Of a DNA stretch of 53,468 nucleotides, positions 1-10,150 are shown piece after piece. The notes below the pieces were generated by a model. The model was given only the letters and a program-made list of their open reading frames with translations, searched no databases and was not told where the DNA came from. How positions within the stretch are numbered: position 1 is the stretch's first letter; each line of letters begins with the position of its first letter. The translations under genes were made by a program, and so were the position numbers. The stretch comes from Mitosporidium daphniae (Eukaryota): positions 62,001 through 115,468 of the forward strand of contig NW_013546622.1 in NCBI RefSeq assembly GCF_000760515.2, in the 5' to 3' direction.

Positions 1-113
1 TGGTCGTTTGATCAACAATCCCATTTTACAATTAAACTTTAAATTTAAAATCTGCGCTCAGTTACAATGCATGCCATGCGCGTGCATGCCAAATTCAAGT
101 TTTATTGTTCCAA

Positions 114-1445
114 ATGTCAACCCTTCCGGTCAAAATGGACTCTTCTGCTGCCGCCGCCCCCCCTAGGCCTGCCCCCAAGAAAAAGCCCTACAGGGGCAGC
201 AATTTTGCCCATTTATATCAGGAGCTGCAAAAATTCCCTGCATTGCATATTAAGCAATTGGTTCACCAGCTTTCTTGCGCGCATGCGGGGCCAGCAACCT
301 CGGATCTTAATGATCAAATCGCAAAGATCCTTTTGGAAAAAGAAATGGGGCCTTTTGCCCCCCTGGTGTCTCAGGACTCTGCATTTGTTTCCAAATTGGT
401 CGCCCTTAACGCTGAAAAGCTGCTCGAATTTGATGCTCAAATATCAAAAGCCAATGAGGGGCTCAGCCAAAGCGATGTTGTCGAGCTAATGCTTTCAAAG
501 GCCATTTACCTTTGCCAAATTGGGGATAAAGATGCCTCGATTCTTCTGCTCCGCCAATTGGAGGAAAAATGTCCAACCACTGGATCTAGACTTGACTTTG
601 CTTTTGCTTCAATCCGTTTAGGCTTTCTTTGGGATGACATGGACATAGTGAAGCGCAATATCGCTAAAGCGGAAAGGTACTTTGCGTACCTTCTAATTGG
701 ACTTTTAGCATTTTGGAGCTCGGGGGAGATTGGGATCGATGCAACCGCCTGCGGGTTTATAAGGCGCTTTTCCATATTTGCCAGCGAAAGTTTAGCGAGG
801 CCGCCAGTCTTTTGGTGTCTTCCCTCTCTACCTTTAGCTATACAGAGCTGATGGATTTCCAAACCTTTGTGTCATATACAGTTATAACGGGTCTTTTAAC
901 GCTCCCTCGCGCCGAGATCAAGCAAAAGGTTTTTCCGCCCCTAAATTCTAGATCTGCTCATCCCCAGAGGTTCTTGAAGTCATTCAAACGATCCCTCAGT
1001 TCAGGGAGTATATTTCCTCCTTCTATGAGTGCCATTATAAAGAGTTTTTTGTGCTGTTGGCATCTTTCATCGAGGATTTCCTGAAAAGAGACTTTTTCCT
1101 TTCCGCACATTCGACCTTCATTGTGCGTGAGATGCGCATCCGAGCATATTCGCAAACTCTCCAATCCTACAAATGCGTCACCCTAGAGGCACTTGCGAAT
1201 GCCTTTGGCGTTTCTGTAGACTTTATCGATCGGTATGGTGTGTGCATGTGACTCGTGTATTTGGTAGGGAGCTATTTCATTGGATTTCTGCAGGCCGTCT
1301 CAATTGCACCATTGATAAGGTATCTGGAATTGTCGAGCACTCTGCAAAGGGGACCTCCAAAAATGATCAATATTTGAGTTTGGTCAAGGCTGGCGACTCG
1401 CTACTAAACAAAATCCAGCGCCTTTGTAGATTGGTGAACATTTAG
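114..1445 (+). CDS. RPN7: 26S proteasome lid subunit Rpn7/PSMD6; 3 introns (677-708, 929-951, 1233-1267)
   Basis: Spliced product contains GGDWDRCNRLRVYKA, REMRIRAYSQTLQSYK and AGRLNCTIDKVSGIVE (PCI domain). Three GT-AG introns of 32, 23 and 35 nt restore the frame. Start may be ATG 114 or 135. Confidence 0.95.
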
Positions 1446-1534
1446 TTAATAATAAAAGCGCTACCGAAATGCCGTGGCCATTTAATCTACTAAGCTTAGT
1501 GGACGTTCACTTTTATTTGGTTTTCAAAATGGCA

Positions 1535-2239
1535 TTAAGAACGCTTTTGGAGACCATGGCGAAAATCGCGCGAGAACATAACCCCCTTAAATAGCTCGAT
1601 CATAATCCAAAAACCGGCAAAACCGTATTCGCTCAAAGCAAACCCAAAGCCTACAGTGAACAAAAGAACAAAAGACAAGTTAAAAGCATGGGTTGAATCA
1701 TCTGCATTTTGGAACGTGATAATTTTCCCGATTAAGCCCTCAAAAAGACTGGGAAAGCCAAGTACTATCGTAGAAACCGTCAAAAGAAACAATGGTGGCA
1801 ACAAAAAGTATCTTCTTGTGCAAACAGATTCGTATTGAGAAAGTTGTTCATTCTTACTGTTCATGTAAATGATAAACAATACGGTCAAAGGAACACACAC
1901 GAGAATGGAAGCAGAGATGACCATTGCTACTGCAATTGCAACACTGCCTGAAGAGTTGGCTTTTTCTCCAAACATAAGCTTTGCTGGAGCCTTGATTAGC
2001 TCAGAAAACGTTATCCTGGATGGTTTGGATTGATCAAGAGCCAGAGATGCAGATGATACTGTGGGTAGCATCACCACAGCATTATTTTGTAGGGCCTCGC
2101 TAGTGTGTTTCAAAGAATGTACTTGTGGTCCTAGCGATTCTTCACCAGGTGCATTTGCGGGATATTTAAACAGAACGACAAGTCCAATCAACAATAAGGC
2201 GGAGATCGTGAAAATGGAGTAAAGAGTTTTGCTTTGCAT
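1535..2239 (-). CDS. Hypothetical membrane protein, 234 aa (N-terminal hydrophobic segment plus about 3 more)
   Basis: Intact ATG-TAA ORF with four hydrophobic stretches; no family motif recognised. Confidence 0.7.
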   Translation of the reverse strand: MQSKTLYSIFTISALLLIGLVVLFKYPANAPGEESLGPQVHSLKHTSEALQNNAVVMLPTVSSASLALDQSKPSRITFSELIKAPAKLMFGEKANSSGSVAIAVAMVISASILVCVPLTVLFIIYMNSKNEQLSQYESVCTRRYFLLPPLFLLTVSTIVLGFPSLFEGLIGKIITFQNADDSTHAFNLSFVLLFTVGFGFALSEYGFAGFWIMIELFKGVMFSRDFRHGLQKRS

Positions 2240-2436
2240 TAATAAATCAAAAGCGTAAAACGGGATATGTAAACGTCATGCAATTGATTGATTGGATGAT
2301 CTATAAATTTAATTTTAATTTTAGCCAGTCAAACACACATGCAGCAAAGTTGTTTTGCACCAGTGTTTTATGAGTAAACACCGATCAGTTGATGGATAAT
2401 TCTCCAAAATATTTTATTAAAAGTTAGAAAGGCTTC

Positions 2437-3504
2437 TTATTTGAGGCAAGTATTGGTCATTTTCAACATTTGCTTTCCATCGACAATGAACTCCTTTACA
2501 TTGTTAAATGTAACCTTTGCTATTTCAGACAGTGCCTCCGCGGTGAAGAAAGCCTGATGGGGCGTTAAAATGATGTTTGGATGATTCATTAGCACCTTGA
2601 GCACGGGATCTTCAATTTCGCGATCAGAATGATCCTCAAAAAAGTATTCCGACTCGTTTTCATAGACATCGAGGCCAGCCCCACGGATAGAGCCGCTGTC
2701 GATGGCCTCCAACAAAGCTGCGGTGTCAACGAGCCCGCCTCTGGAGGTGTTGACGATGATGGCCCCTTTTTTCATTTTAGCCAAATTCTCTTTGTTAATG
2801 ATGTGACGGGTTGACGGCAGAAGAGGTAGGTGCAGGGAAAGGATATCCACATTTGAAAGGACCTCGTCCATGGTGGCGTATTGGACATTCGGAAGAGCAG
2901 CAAACTCGGCGCTTTGGAACACATCATAACAGAGGATCTTGCAACCAAAGCCAAGGAAAATCTTTCCTGCAATTCGTCCAATGTTTCCCGTTCCGAGAAG
3001 CCCGACCGTCTTTCCATTCATGTCAAAGCCAAGGAGAGAGTCTGAAAGAGAAAAGTTCCCTTGTGAAACTCTTTTATCAGAGCTGCGAAGGCGGCGATTG
3101 AGAGAAAGAGTCAGTGCGATGGCATGTTCGGCAACCGCAAATGGAGAGTAAACCGGGACTCTGCTGACACTCATGCCAGCCTCGCGGCATGCATCCAGGT
3201 CCACTCGGTCAAAGCCTGCACAGCGAAATGTAAGCAGGCCTGTTCCGTGTGCCTTCAAGTAATCAATTACCGGTTTTTCAGGCATGTCATTGACAAACAC
3301 ACATACTACATGTGCCCCTTTTGCATGATACATAGTCTTTTCATCGAGCTTCTGGTCGACAAACTCTAGAGTGGCGCCAATTGAGCGGTATTGATGTTCC
3401 AAGGCCATGAAAGAATCGATGTCATATTTCTTGGAGTTGAACACCACCAAGCGATACAATTGAGACGTAAGGGTGCAGGCATCGTTTACTAATTCCATCC
3501 TCAT
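2437..3504 (-). CDS. D-lactate dehydrogenase (LdhA-like D-2-hydroxyacid dehydrogenase), intronless
   Basis: Motifs RCAGFDRVD, RVPVYSPFAVAEHA, GKTVGLLGTGNIG (Rossmann fold), NTSRGGLVD, GLDVYENE and TPHQAF. Confidence 0.92.
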   Translation of the reverse strand: MRMELVNDACTLTSQLYRLVVFNSKKYDIDSFMALEHQYRSIGATLEFVDQKLDEKTMYHAKGAHVVCVFVNDMPEKPVIDYLKAHGTGLLTFRCAGFDRVDLDACREAGMSVSRVPVYSPFAVAEHAIALTLSLNRRLRSSDKRVSQGNFSLSDSLLGFDMNGKTVGLLGTGNIGRIAGKIFLGFGCKILCYDVFQSAEFAALPNVQYATMDEVLSNVDILSLHLPLLPSTRHIINKENLAKMKKGAIIVNTSRGGLVDTAALLEAIDSGSIRGAGLDVYENESEYFFEDHSDREIEDPVLKVLMNHPNIILTPHQAFFTAEALSEIAKVTFNNVKEFIVDGKQMLKMTNTCLK

Positions 3505-3647
3505 AATTCAACACAAACAGATGTTTGACTAGCTTTTCTAAAAACCTCATCCCATTTGTTCGTAAATATTCTTTGCACTTTGCGTAATTAAAATTATGGG
3601 TGCATTCAAGGCTTGTAATTTTTTTATTTTAAATTTCAAGGTTAATT

Positions 3648-4334
3648 TTAGCTTGTAGGCGGTTTGCTTGGCCTCTTTTTAACCTTTGTATCGATAGATG
3701 CATTGATGGAGGACGATTCTGCGGTGGATATCATGTCTAGGCGAACAACGTCTCTCTCCTTTGATTTAATGGCTTGTATTTTTTTTCTAGTACCAAATGA
3801 CTGGCCCAGAGTATTGGCAATGCGCTTCCTGTCCTATAAAGTTAGCATAAAACAATATACCGCTGCATCTGCATTGACAATTGAAGCGGCCGAAAGTGTC
3901 AAAGGATCTATCTTCTTGATGCTTAAAGGCGTTGTGGAAAGCTGGAAAAACTGCGGCTCCACCCATTGAATTGATTTCGTATTGTTATCCACGACCGCAA
4001 TCGCATGCTTGGTGGCAAAAGATGGCGCATGACCTTGGCTGTGTGTTTCATACTTTACAAATGGCGTTGATGCCGTGACTTTCCAATGGTTTGGTTTTCG
4101 TGCAGCATTTTTGTGCCGATGCACTTCAAGTGAGATTGAGGGGTCTACAGCAGAAGAGTCTGTGATTAAAAAAGGAGTTCCTGCATGAGGGCCATGCTGA
4201 TTTTTGTACGAAGTGATGGTGTATATGCTTTTTGCGGGGTTTTCGTGATTTCGCTCCCTTTTCTTTTTAGGAATGCAAGGGGGTTTCAATGTATCTTTTG
4301 GCAAAGAAGGGGACATGATACCGGTGGTGGACAT
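3648..4334 (-). CDS. RPA49: RNA polymerase I subunit A49/PAF53-like, N-terminal domain and linker only (219 aa); intron 3834-3860
   Basis: A 27-nt intron (GTATAT...GCTAAC...TAG) joins HAIAVVDNNTKSIQWVE to RIANTLGQSFGTRKKIQAIKSKERD, resembling the A49 signature LGEAFGTKKAKKAI. Stop TAA at 3650-3648. Confidence 0.7.
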
Positions 4335-4368
4335 AAAAATTAAAAATTAAATTTGATTTACAAATTAA

Positions 4369-5914
4369 ATGCCCATCTCCTTTGCCTCAGGTAATGCCGT
4401 ATTTCTAATTGGGTGCAGGCGATATTTCGTGTGTTGTTATTGAACTTGGCTCTAGATGGATCAAAGCAGGATTTTCTGGCGATGACTCCCCTCGCCTGGT
4501 TATTCCTGCCTTTTATGGTATCTCTAGCAATGCCGAGAATATGAATGTTGACTCTGAGCCGCAGCCGTGTATTTCGCAAGCTGTAGCGTCAAATGTCTCT
4601 TTTGCATCGGGCCTCAAAAATGGGATCATCAAGCTATCATTTGACGCCAATAACAGATATCACGTGGGCGACTTGCAATTAAACTGCTTGCGCGCTGGGA
4701 TGGAGGTGAAACATATGTTTGCAATTGCCGCCCCGGCCCCCAATTCTGGTCCCTTTGCCCCCTAATTGTTTAGAATTTCAAAACTCAATTATCGCGCTGT
4801 TTTATTATATCTTTTTTATCGGCTCTCTCGGGGTAGCTCCAGAGGAGACTCCAGTTTTGATTACCTTCTCACCATCCATTTTATATGCCGCTCGCGAAAT
4901 TGTATACGCCGTTTTGATCAACTATTTTAACATCCCAGCAATTTATTCCGTAAACTCTGCCATTCTTTCAGCGTAATTTTTTTTCTAAATGTAGGTTTTC
5001 GCAAGGAAAGGGCACCTCTTTGGTGGTCAATTTGGGCCATCAAGTTGCCTCTGTTACGCCCATCATTGACGGATATGTGCTACACAACGTCTCATTCAAT
5101 GAGAGAAAGTTTGGCGGGCAATATGTCACGCAACTGTTGACCGAGTTTCTTTCGCGGGATCTGGGCATAAGTGTTTCCATTCCTCAACAGATCATATCCA
5201 AAGAAAAGGTCGAATTAATGACACCTCCCAAGGCAGTTTTGAAGCCAATAGACAAATGCGAAGAATCTCTGCTGCTCTTTTTGAAAGAGGTTGCTTTATG
5301 GTCTCTTTTCCTAGAATGTGATAGAAGACATAAAAATGTCCATCGCTCATGTTTCGGATTTGCCACAATTTGATGCAATGTAAGTGGCGAATATTACAAA
5401 TGCGCTAGTGAATTGGGGTTGCGCCCAGCTTCGTATTATGAATTCCCGGATGGATATTCACACTCCTTCCTGGCTGAGCGGTTCAAAATAATGGAAGGCT
5501 TTTTCGAAAGCGATTCTGCCGGCTTGGAGGGCACTGCCGAATGCTCGCTTCCAGAGCTTGTTCAAAAATCGATCATGAAATGCGATATTGAAATCAGAGC
5601 ACTTTTGTGCAACCAAATACTTGTTACCGGCGGAACTTCGCAGGTTCCCGGCTTTATTGATAGACTTAGCATCGAGTTATCCAGACTAATGCCCACGGTA
5701 TTTTATACCAATCCCACGCAATAATGTGTAGCAAAAAATCAAGGTTTTGTCTCCGTCGTCCAGCTATGAAAAAAGATTTGCCCCGTGGATTGGTGGTTCG
5801 ATTTTGGCGTCGCTCCCTGCGTTTCACAAGCTATGGATCATCAAAAAGGAGGTCGAAAGACACGGCATCTCGATCATCGAAAAAAAGTCCAATTTAAATT
5901 CCAATTTGTCGTGA
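4369..5914 (+). CDS. ARP4: Nuclear actin-related protein Arp4/BAF53; 6 introns (4391-4418, 4749-4773, 4973-4994, 5290-5314, 5380-5408, 5698-5731)
   Basis: Spliced product has GDISCVVIELGSRWIKAGFSGDDSP, VTPIIDGYVL, YEFPDGY, ILVTGGTS and WIGGSILASLPAFHKLWI. Every intron is GT-AG and restores the frame. Confidence 0.9.
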
Positions 5915-5967
5915 AGAATAAAATTTATTTTTCCAACTTTTTGTTTTTGTTGCGGCGTTAAACGAGA

Positions 5968-6966
5968 ATGCTGGGCAGTTTAAGCATAAACTCCCTTTTT
6001 TTGGGGGACCAAAAAAACGGGGAACAAACTCCGTTGGATCCTGAACTTTCGGCGCAATTGGAAGAAATTTTAAGCCACATGCAAAAAGCACACCAACGAT
6101 TGCTGGAGCACCCGGAAAGCAACGAGTTGGGCCTGTCTTTGTACAGCTGCAAACATCAGGTTTTTTCAGAGTACATTTTAAACATCCTATTTTCGGTTCT
6201 TGCTAATGCCACCTCGTCGAACAATGCTGCTCTAGAGGAGGAGGTTTCAAAGGCATTGTTTAAGAATAGGCTTTTCATTGACAAAAGCAAACCCATCGAG
6301 GCAAAAATGCGATTTCAAATCGAAAGGCTATTGGAGCAATCGAGCAACTCGAGTCTAAGCTCTTCCTCCAACAATGAAGTGTTGTTATCGCACAAGCCAA
6401 ACCTCTCATCAATTTTGGAGGACAAAGGGTCGGAATCCTCCTCGCTTTCAGATGCCGAAGACGGAGAGAGGGCCTATAAAGCACCAAAGATTGCGCCTGC
6501 GTTCTTCCATTCTAGCAATGCAGATCTTGAAAAGAAAAAGCAGGAGACCAGAAAACTAACGGCAAAGAGCCGCCGTCTTGTCAATGAGTTCAAAGATGAA
6601 TTTTCTTCACGACCAGAAGAAGTTAGTTATAGTGTTTACCGCAATTCCGAATTCGGAGACAAGGAGCACTCGATCACGCAGTTTGAGGAAGACAACTTTA
6701 CCCGTGTCGAAAAGAAAAAGAAAAAATCCAAAAGATCCAGCGCACCTGAGCTTATTGACGCACTGGATGAGCTTGATAGTATTGGGCTTCTTGATAAATA
6801 CACTCCCGATTCGGAAGACGAAGCGGGTCTTTTCCACCCGAAGAAAAAAAAAGGCAGGAGAAATTACTTGCCAAAGCTTTCAAAAAAGGATCTAGATGAA
6901 GAAATTGCTTCCGACGACGATTATGCGCTGCCAAAGCCCAAAAGTAGGAACAAAAGAGCCAACTGA
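5968..6966 (+). CDS. LCP5: Lcp5/neuroguidin (Sas10/Utp3 family, SSU processome), intronless
   Basis: Motifs KSKPIEAKMRFQIERLL, YKAPKIAP, EFSSRPEE and FEEDNFTRV; K/E/D-rich nucleolar composition. Confidence 0.85.
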   Translation: MLGSLSINSLFLGDQKNGEQTPLDPELSAQLEEILSHMQKAHQRLLEHPESNELGLSLYSCKHQVFSEYILNILFSVLANATSSNNAALEEEVSKALFKNRLFIDKSKPIEAKMRFQIERLLEQSSNSSLSSSSNNEVLLSHKPNLSSILEDKGSESSSLSDAEDGERAYKAPKIAPAFFHSSNADLEKKKQETRKLTAKSRRLVNEFKDEFSSRPEEVSYSVYRNSEFGDKEHSITQFEEDNFTRVEKKKKKSKRSSAPELIDALDELDSIGLLDKYTPDSEDEAGLFHPKKKKGRRNYLPKLSKKDLDEEIASDDDYALPKPKSRNKRAN

Positions 6967-6986
6967 AATAAAATATTACAAGAAAA

Positions 6987-7000
6987 TTAGGGTTAGGGTT
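6987..7000 (+). promoter_or_regulatory. Telomere-type box TTAGGGTTAGGGTT in an intergenic spacer
   Basis: Visible in the sequence. The motif recurs in other promoter regions (see findings); regulatory function is inferred. Confidence 0.45.
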
Positions 7001-7200
7001 CGCTGGGGTGTCTTGGGGCTGTGTTGGGCCGCGTTCAACCGGCCTTTTGATTAAAGTGCTGGCCTGGCTGTTGCAGGCAAAATATTTGGCCAATTTTAAA
7101 CCTAAATTTAAGTTAAATGTATCTGATCTCTTCTATTCGCCCAGCTGTTTCAATATGATGCCACTGTGGAATATATCGGTATAGATCGAATCCCTTTTCG

Positions 7201-9145
7201 ATGGGATTCCTGCATAAAAACAGATATTCGGTCAGTCCCAGCTGGGTTCCCCTTGACTTGTCTACATATGATGATGCTTTGTTTTATCGGGCAAAACTTC
7301 CCCTTCAAGTACATGTATTGGGCGACGACGAGGACACGAAAAATTCCACTGTCGCCCCTTGCTCGTTGAAGAATAGGTATCCCCTTTCTTTGGAGGACGA
7401 ATGGGATGTTTCGGTCGCAACTGAAATGGGACTTTCTTTTCTTTTGCATTCTTATGGAGCAAAATTTGACAGCAATGTTGGCCAAGCTAAGAAACCTGCT
7501 GCCATCAAAAAAGGGGGCCTTGCCTCTTCATGTTTCAAGGAATCCGAAATGGCCGAGATTTTCAGCTTGTGCAAAGTTGACATACAATTCCGGTCTTTGT
7601 TTTTCCGGCCAAATCTTTCCTTGTGTTTGAGTAATTTTGTAAAGCTTGATCTCTCATTTAATGAGCTTGATTCGATCCCCGAGTCGTTTGGCTTTTATTT
7701 TCCATGCCTAAAATTTCTTTCCTTGGAAAGCAACTGTCTATCTAGGCTTCCTGCTTCCATTTGTGCGCTATCTTCTGTGGACACGCTTATCGTAGACTAT
7801 AACAAGGTAAGCACACGAGCCTTATGTCTAGCTACAATACTTGCCAGAGTCTCTGGGCGCCCTTACAAAATTGAAATTCTTCAGTTGCAAATCTAACCAG
7901 CTAACCTTTCTTCCAGATTCTCTTTTGGGGCCTCTTTCGCTACTGCTGCACTTGGACATATCTGAAAACCCAATTACATTTCTTCCGCCCTTCTTTTTGA
8001 GGCGAAAAAACATAAAGATCATCAGCAAAAAATGCCCGTTCTTGACATCAAAGGCGCTTTGCGGCTTTCCCCTAGTCCTGTACGACCATTATTTCAACGA
8101 AAAATGGGAACACCCTTCCGAGGACATGCAGCCCAAAAACGGCTTCACCAGCGCCAATTTTTTATTTGAAAACGGAGGCATTGTTACCAGAACCCTATTT
8201 GCTTACATTAAGGAATATTTTGACTTGCCAGATGCCATCACCGAACAGCATTTATTGACAATGTGTGGAAAATTCCCCTCCAGTCTAATATCTTATTTTG
8301 CATCTAATTATGACAGCATCAACATATTCAGCTCGAACACGCACCCTCCAATCTATAACGACTCTTTTGAGATTCAATCAAACGAGGGCGGCCATATCTT
8401 TTCCTATTTGGGGAAAAAGGAGCTTCCCCACCGCTCGAAAAGCTTTGATGGCTTCTTTTTCAAGATCCCAAGTTTGAAAGAATTTGCCTCAAGAGCCGTC
8501 TATGCACGACTGATCGACATCCCAGGCAGCTTCCCACTTTCATTGAAAATATTTTTGCGCAAAAGCCATCCGTGTTCATATTGTGGAGGTGTGTATTTTG
8601 ACAGCTGGACACCTAGATTTTTTTGCTCAAAATTGCCCCATTATTACAGCGAAGACAATGACGACGGAGAGTTTCAGAAAGAGTATGTTTCTTTGGCAAA
8701 GATGTGCTGGCCACATTGGGGAGATAAGCAATCTCGATTGGAAAATATTTTCTCATACTCCAAGATGACGCAATTTGCGCCGTCCCCTGTGTATGGATTC
8801 AAGCCGTTCAACATTCTTGATTTTTGGATACGATCTGCCTCTTTGAACAACCCGTCCATCAAATTCGACCGTCAAAGAGCACACACCAAACTTTGGAGGC
8901 ATCTAAAAAGGACCAAGGCGTTTGCTACGTTTGAGAAGCGTTTTTACAACGTACATCTGTGCAGTAAGGCATTTCTATTGGACCCCTACGTTATGTGCAA
9001 TTTCCTGTTTCCGGTTTCGGACTCTTTCATTTCGAAAAAACTGAATCTATGCAAGACCATTGAAAAAAGACGTCGATTTTTCGCCTTACTATGCGGCAGA
9101 AGATATCTTTCCGATGGAAAGCTTTTTTCTTTGATCAGCTTGTGA
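7201..9145 (+). CDS. Leucine-rich repeat protein with LRRC58-like C-terminal BC-box and Cys motif; intron 7807-7831
   Basis: LRRs LDLSFNELDSIP, LSLESNCLSRLP and LDISENPITFLP. A 25-nt GTAAGC...TAG intron joins the two ORFs in LRR register. Downstream motif IPSLKEFASRAV...CSYCGGVYFD. Confidence 0.8.
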
Positions 9146-9274
9146 ATAAATGTTTATCATTGCGCCATGATTTTTTTCCGTACAAAACTGGCCCTCAAAG
9201 TGCACACATGATGTGCCGCCCCCAAATTTACCTGAAATATTCGATAAGAGGAGGGCTTGCTGAAACAAACATGT

Positions 9275-9300
9275 ACACACACACACACACACACACACAC
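9275..9300 (+). repeat. (AC)13 microsatellite
   Basis: Directly visible. Confidence 0.95.
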
Positions 9301-9844
9301 GATTGAGAGAGTGTCGCAAATTTAAGGTCAGAGATAGTCCGCCATATTCTGGCCCAAATGTGCTAACATAGCCAACTGGCACTTTAAAACTTGCAAATGT
9401 AACCGACCGGTGTTTATGGGGCTATTTTAATGGATATTCAAAGATTTCTTGAATCTTTTATTTGCACTTTTGCTCTTTTTTACTTGTCGCTGAAGAGATA
9501 AATGTGATAGAAGCTGAGAGAAGGGTAAAATGGCTCGCAAAAGAGGTCAAAAAATCATCTAGTTAGCTAGAATTTTGACAAAGAAGACTCTAAACAAGGA
9601 ACATCTAAATTTCGAGGCATCGCTGCCGATCAGAAATCCGCTCGCAATGCGACTGAAATTAGGAAAGCTTCTAAAGTTGACGTTAATTTCCTTGCAGAGC
9701 AGCTTAAGATTGTTTCCAGATAGCTCAGAAACCGGTCTACGCATCATAAACAGGAACAAATTGGCATTTTTTCACGTGGATCGGGAAACCCCAACGAAAA
9801 AATACGCTCATTTAGAGGAATCTTACATCCGGACCCTCCTGAAT

Positions 9845-9912
9845 TTGCAAACCCTGTAAGGAAGTACAGTTGCTTGCAATCCCTGTAAAGAAGTACAGTT
9901 GCTTGCAATCCC
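9845..9912 (+). repeat. 29-bp tandem duplication, about 2.3 copies (TTGCAAWCCCTGTAARGAAGTACAGTTGC)
   Basis: Units at 9845-9873, 9874-9902 and a partial at 9903-9912. Confidence 0.9.
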
Positions 9913-10150
9913 ATGTGTCCGGTCAAATATTTTAAGCGTTAGGGAAACCGCACTTCAATGGAGTCTGTAAAATTTCCTGCACAAATATCATGAGACTAGG
10001 GTTAAATTAAAGACTCAAAAGTCACGTTTAATTGGTTAAAAAAATTAATGTGCAAGGCTTTATTTCCCGGTCTACCTGATCAAAACCGCGGCGGGTCTTT
10101 CTGGTCCTTATTTAATCTATTATTAGACACCATATTTACACCTCACCTCT

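Noticed and set aside
9845..9912. CRISPR-like 29-bp repeats
   Set aside because: Head-to-tail copies without spacers, eukaryotic context, no cas genes.
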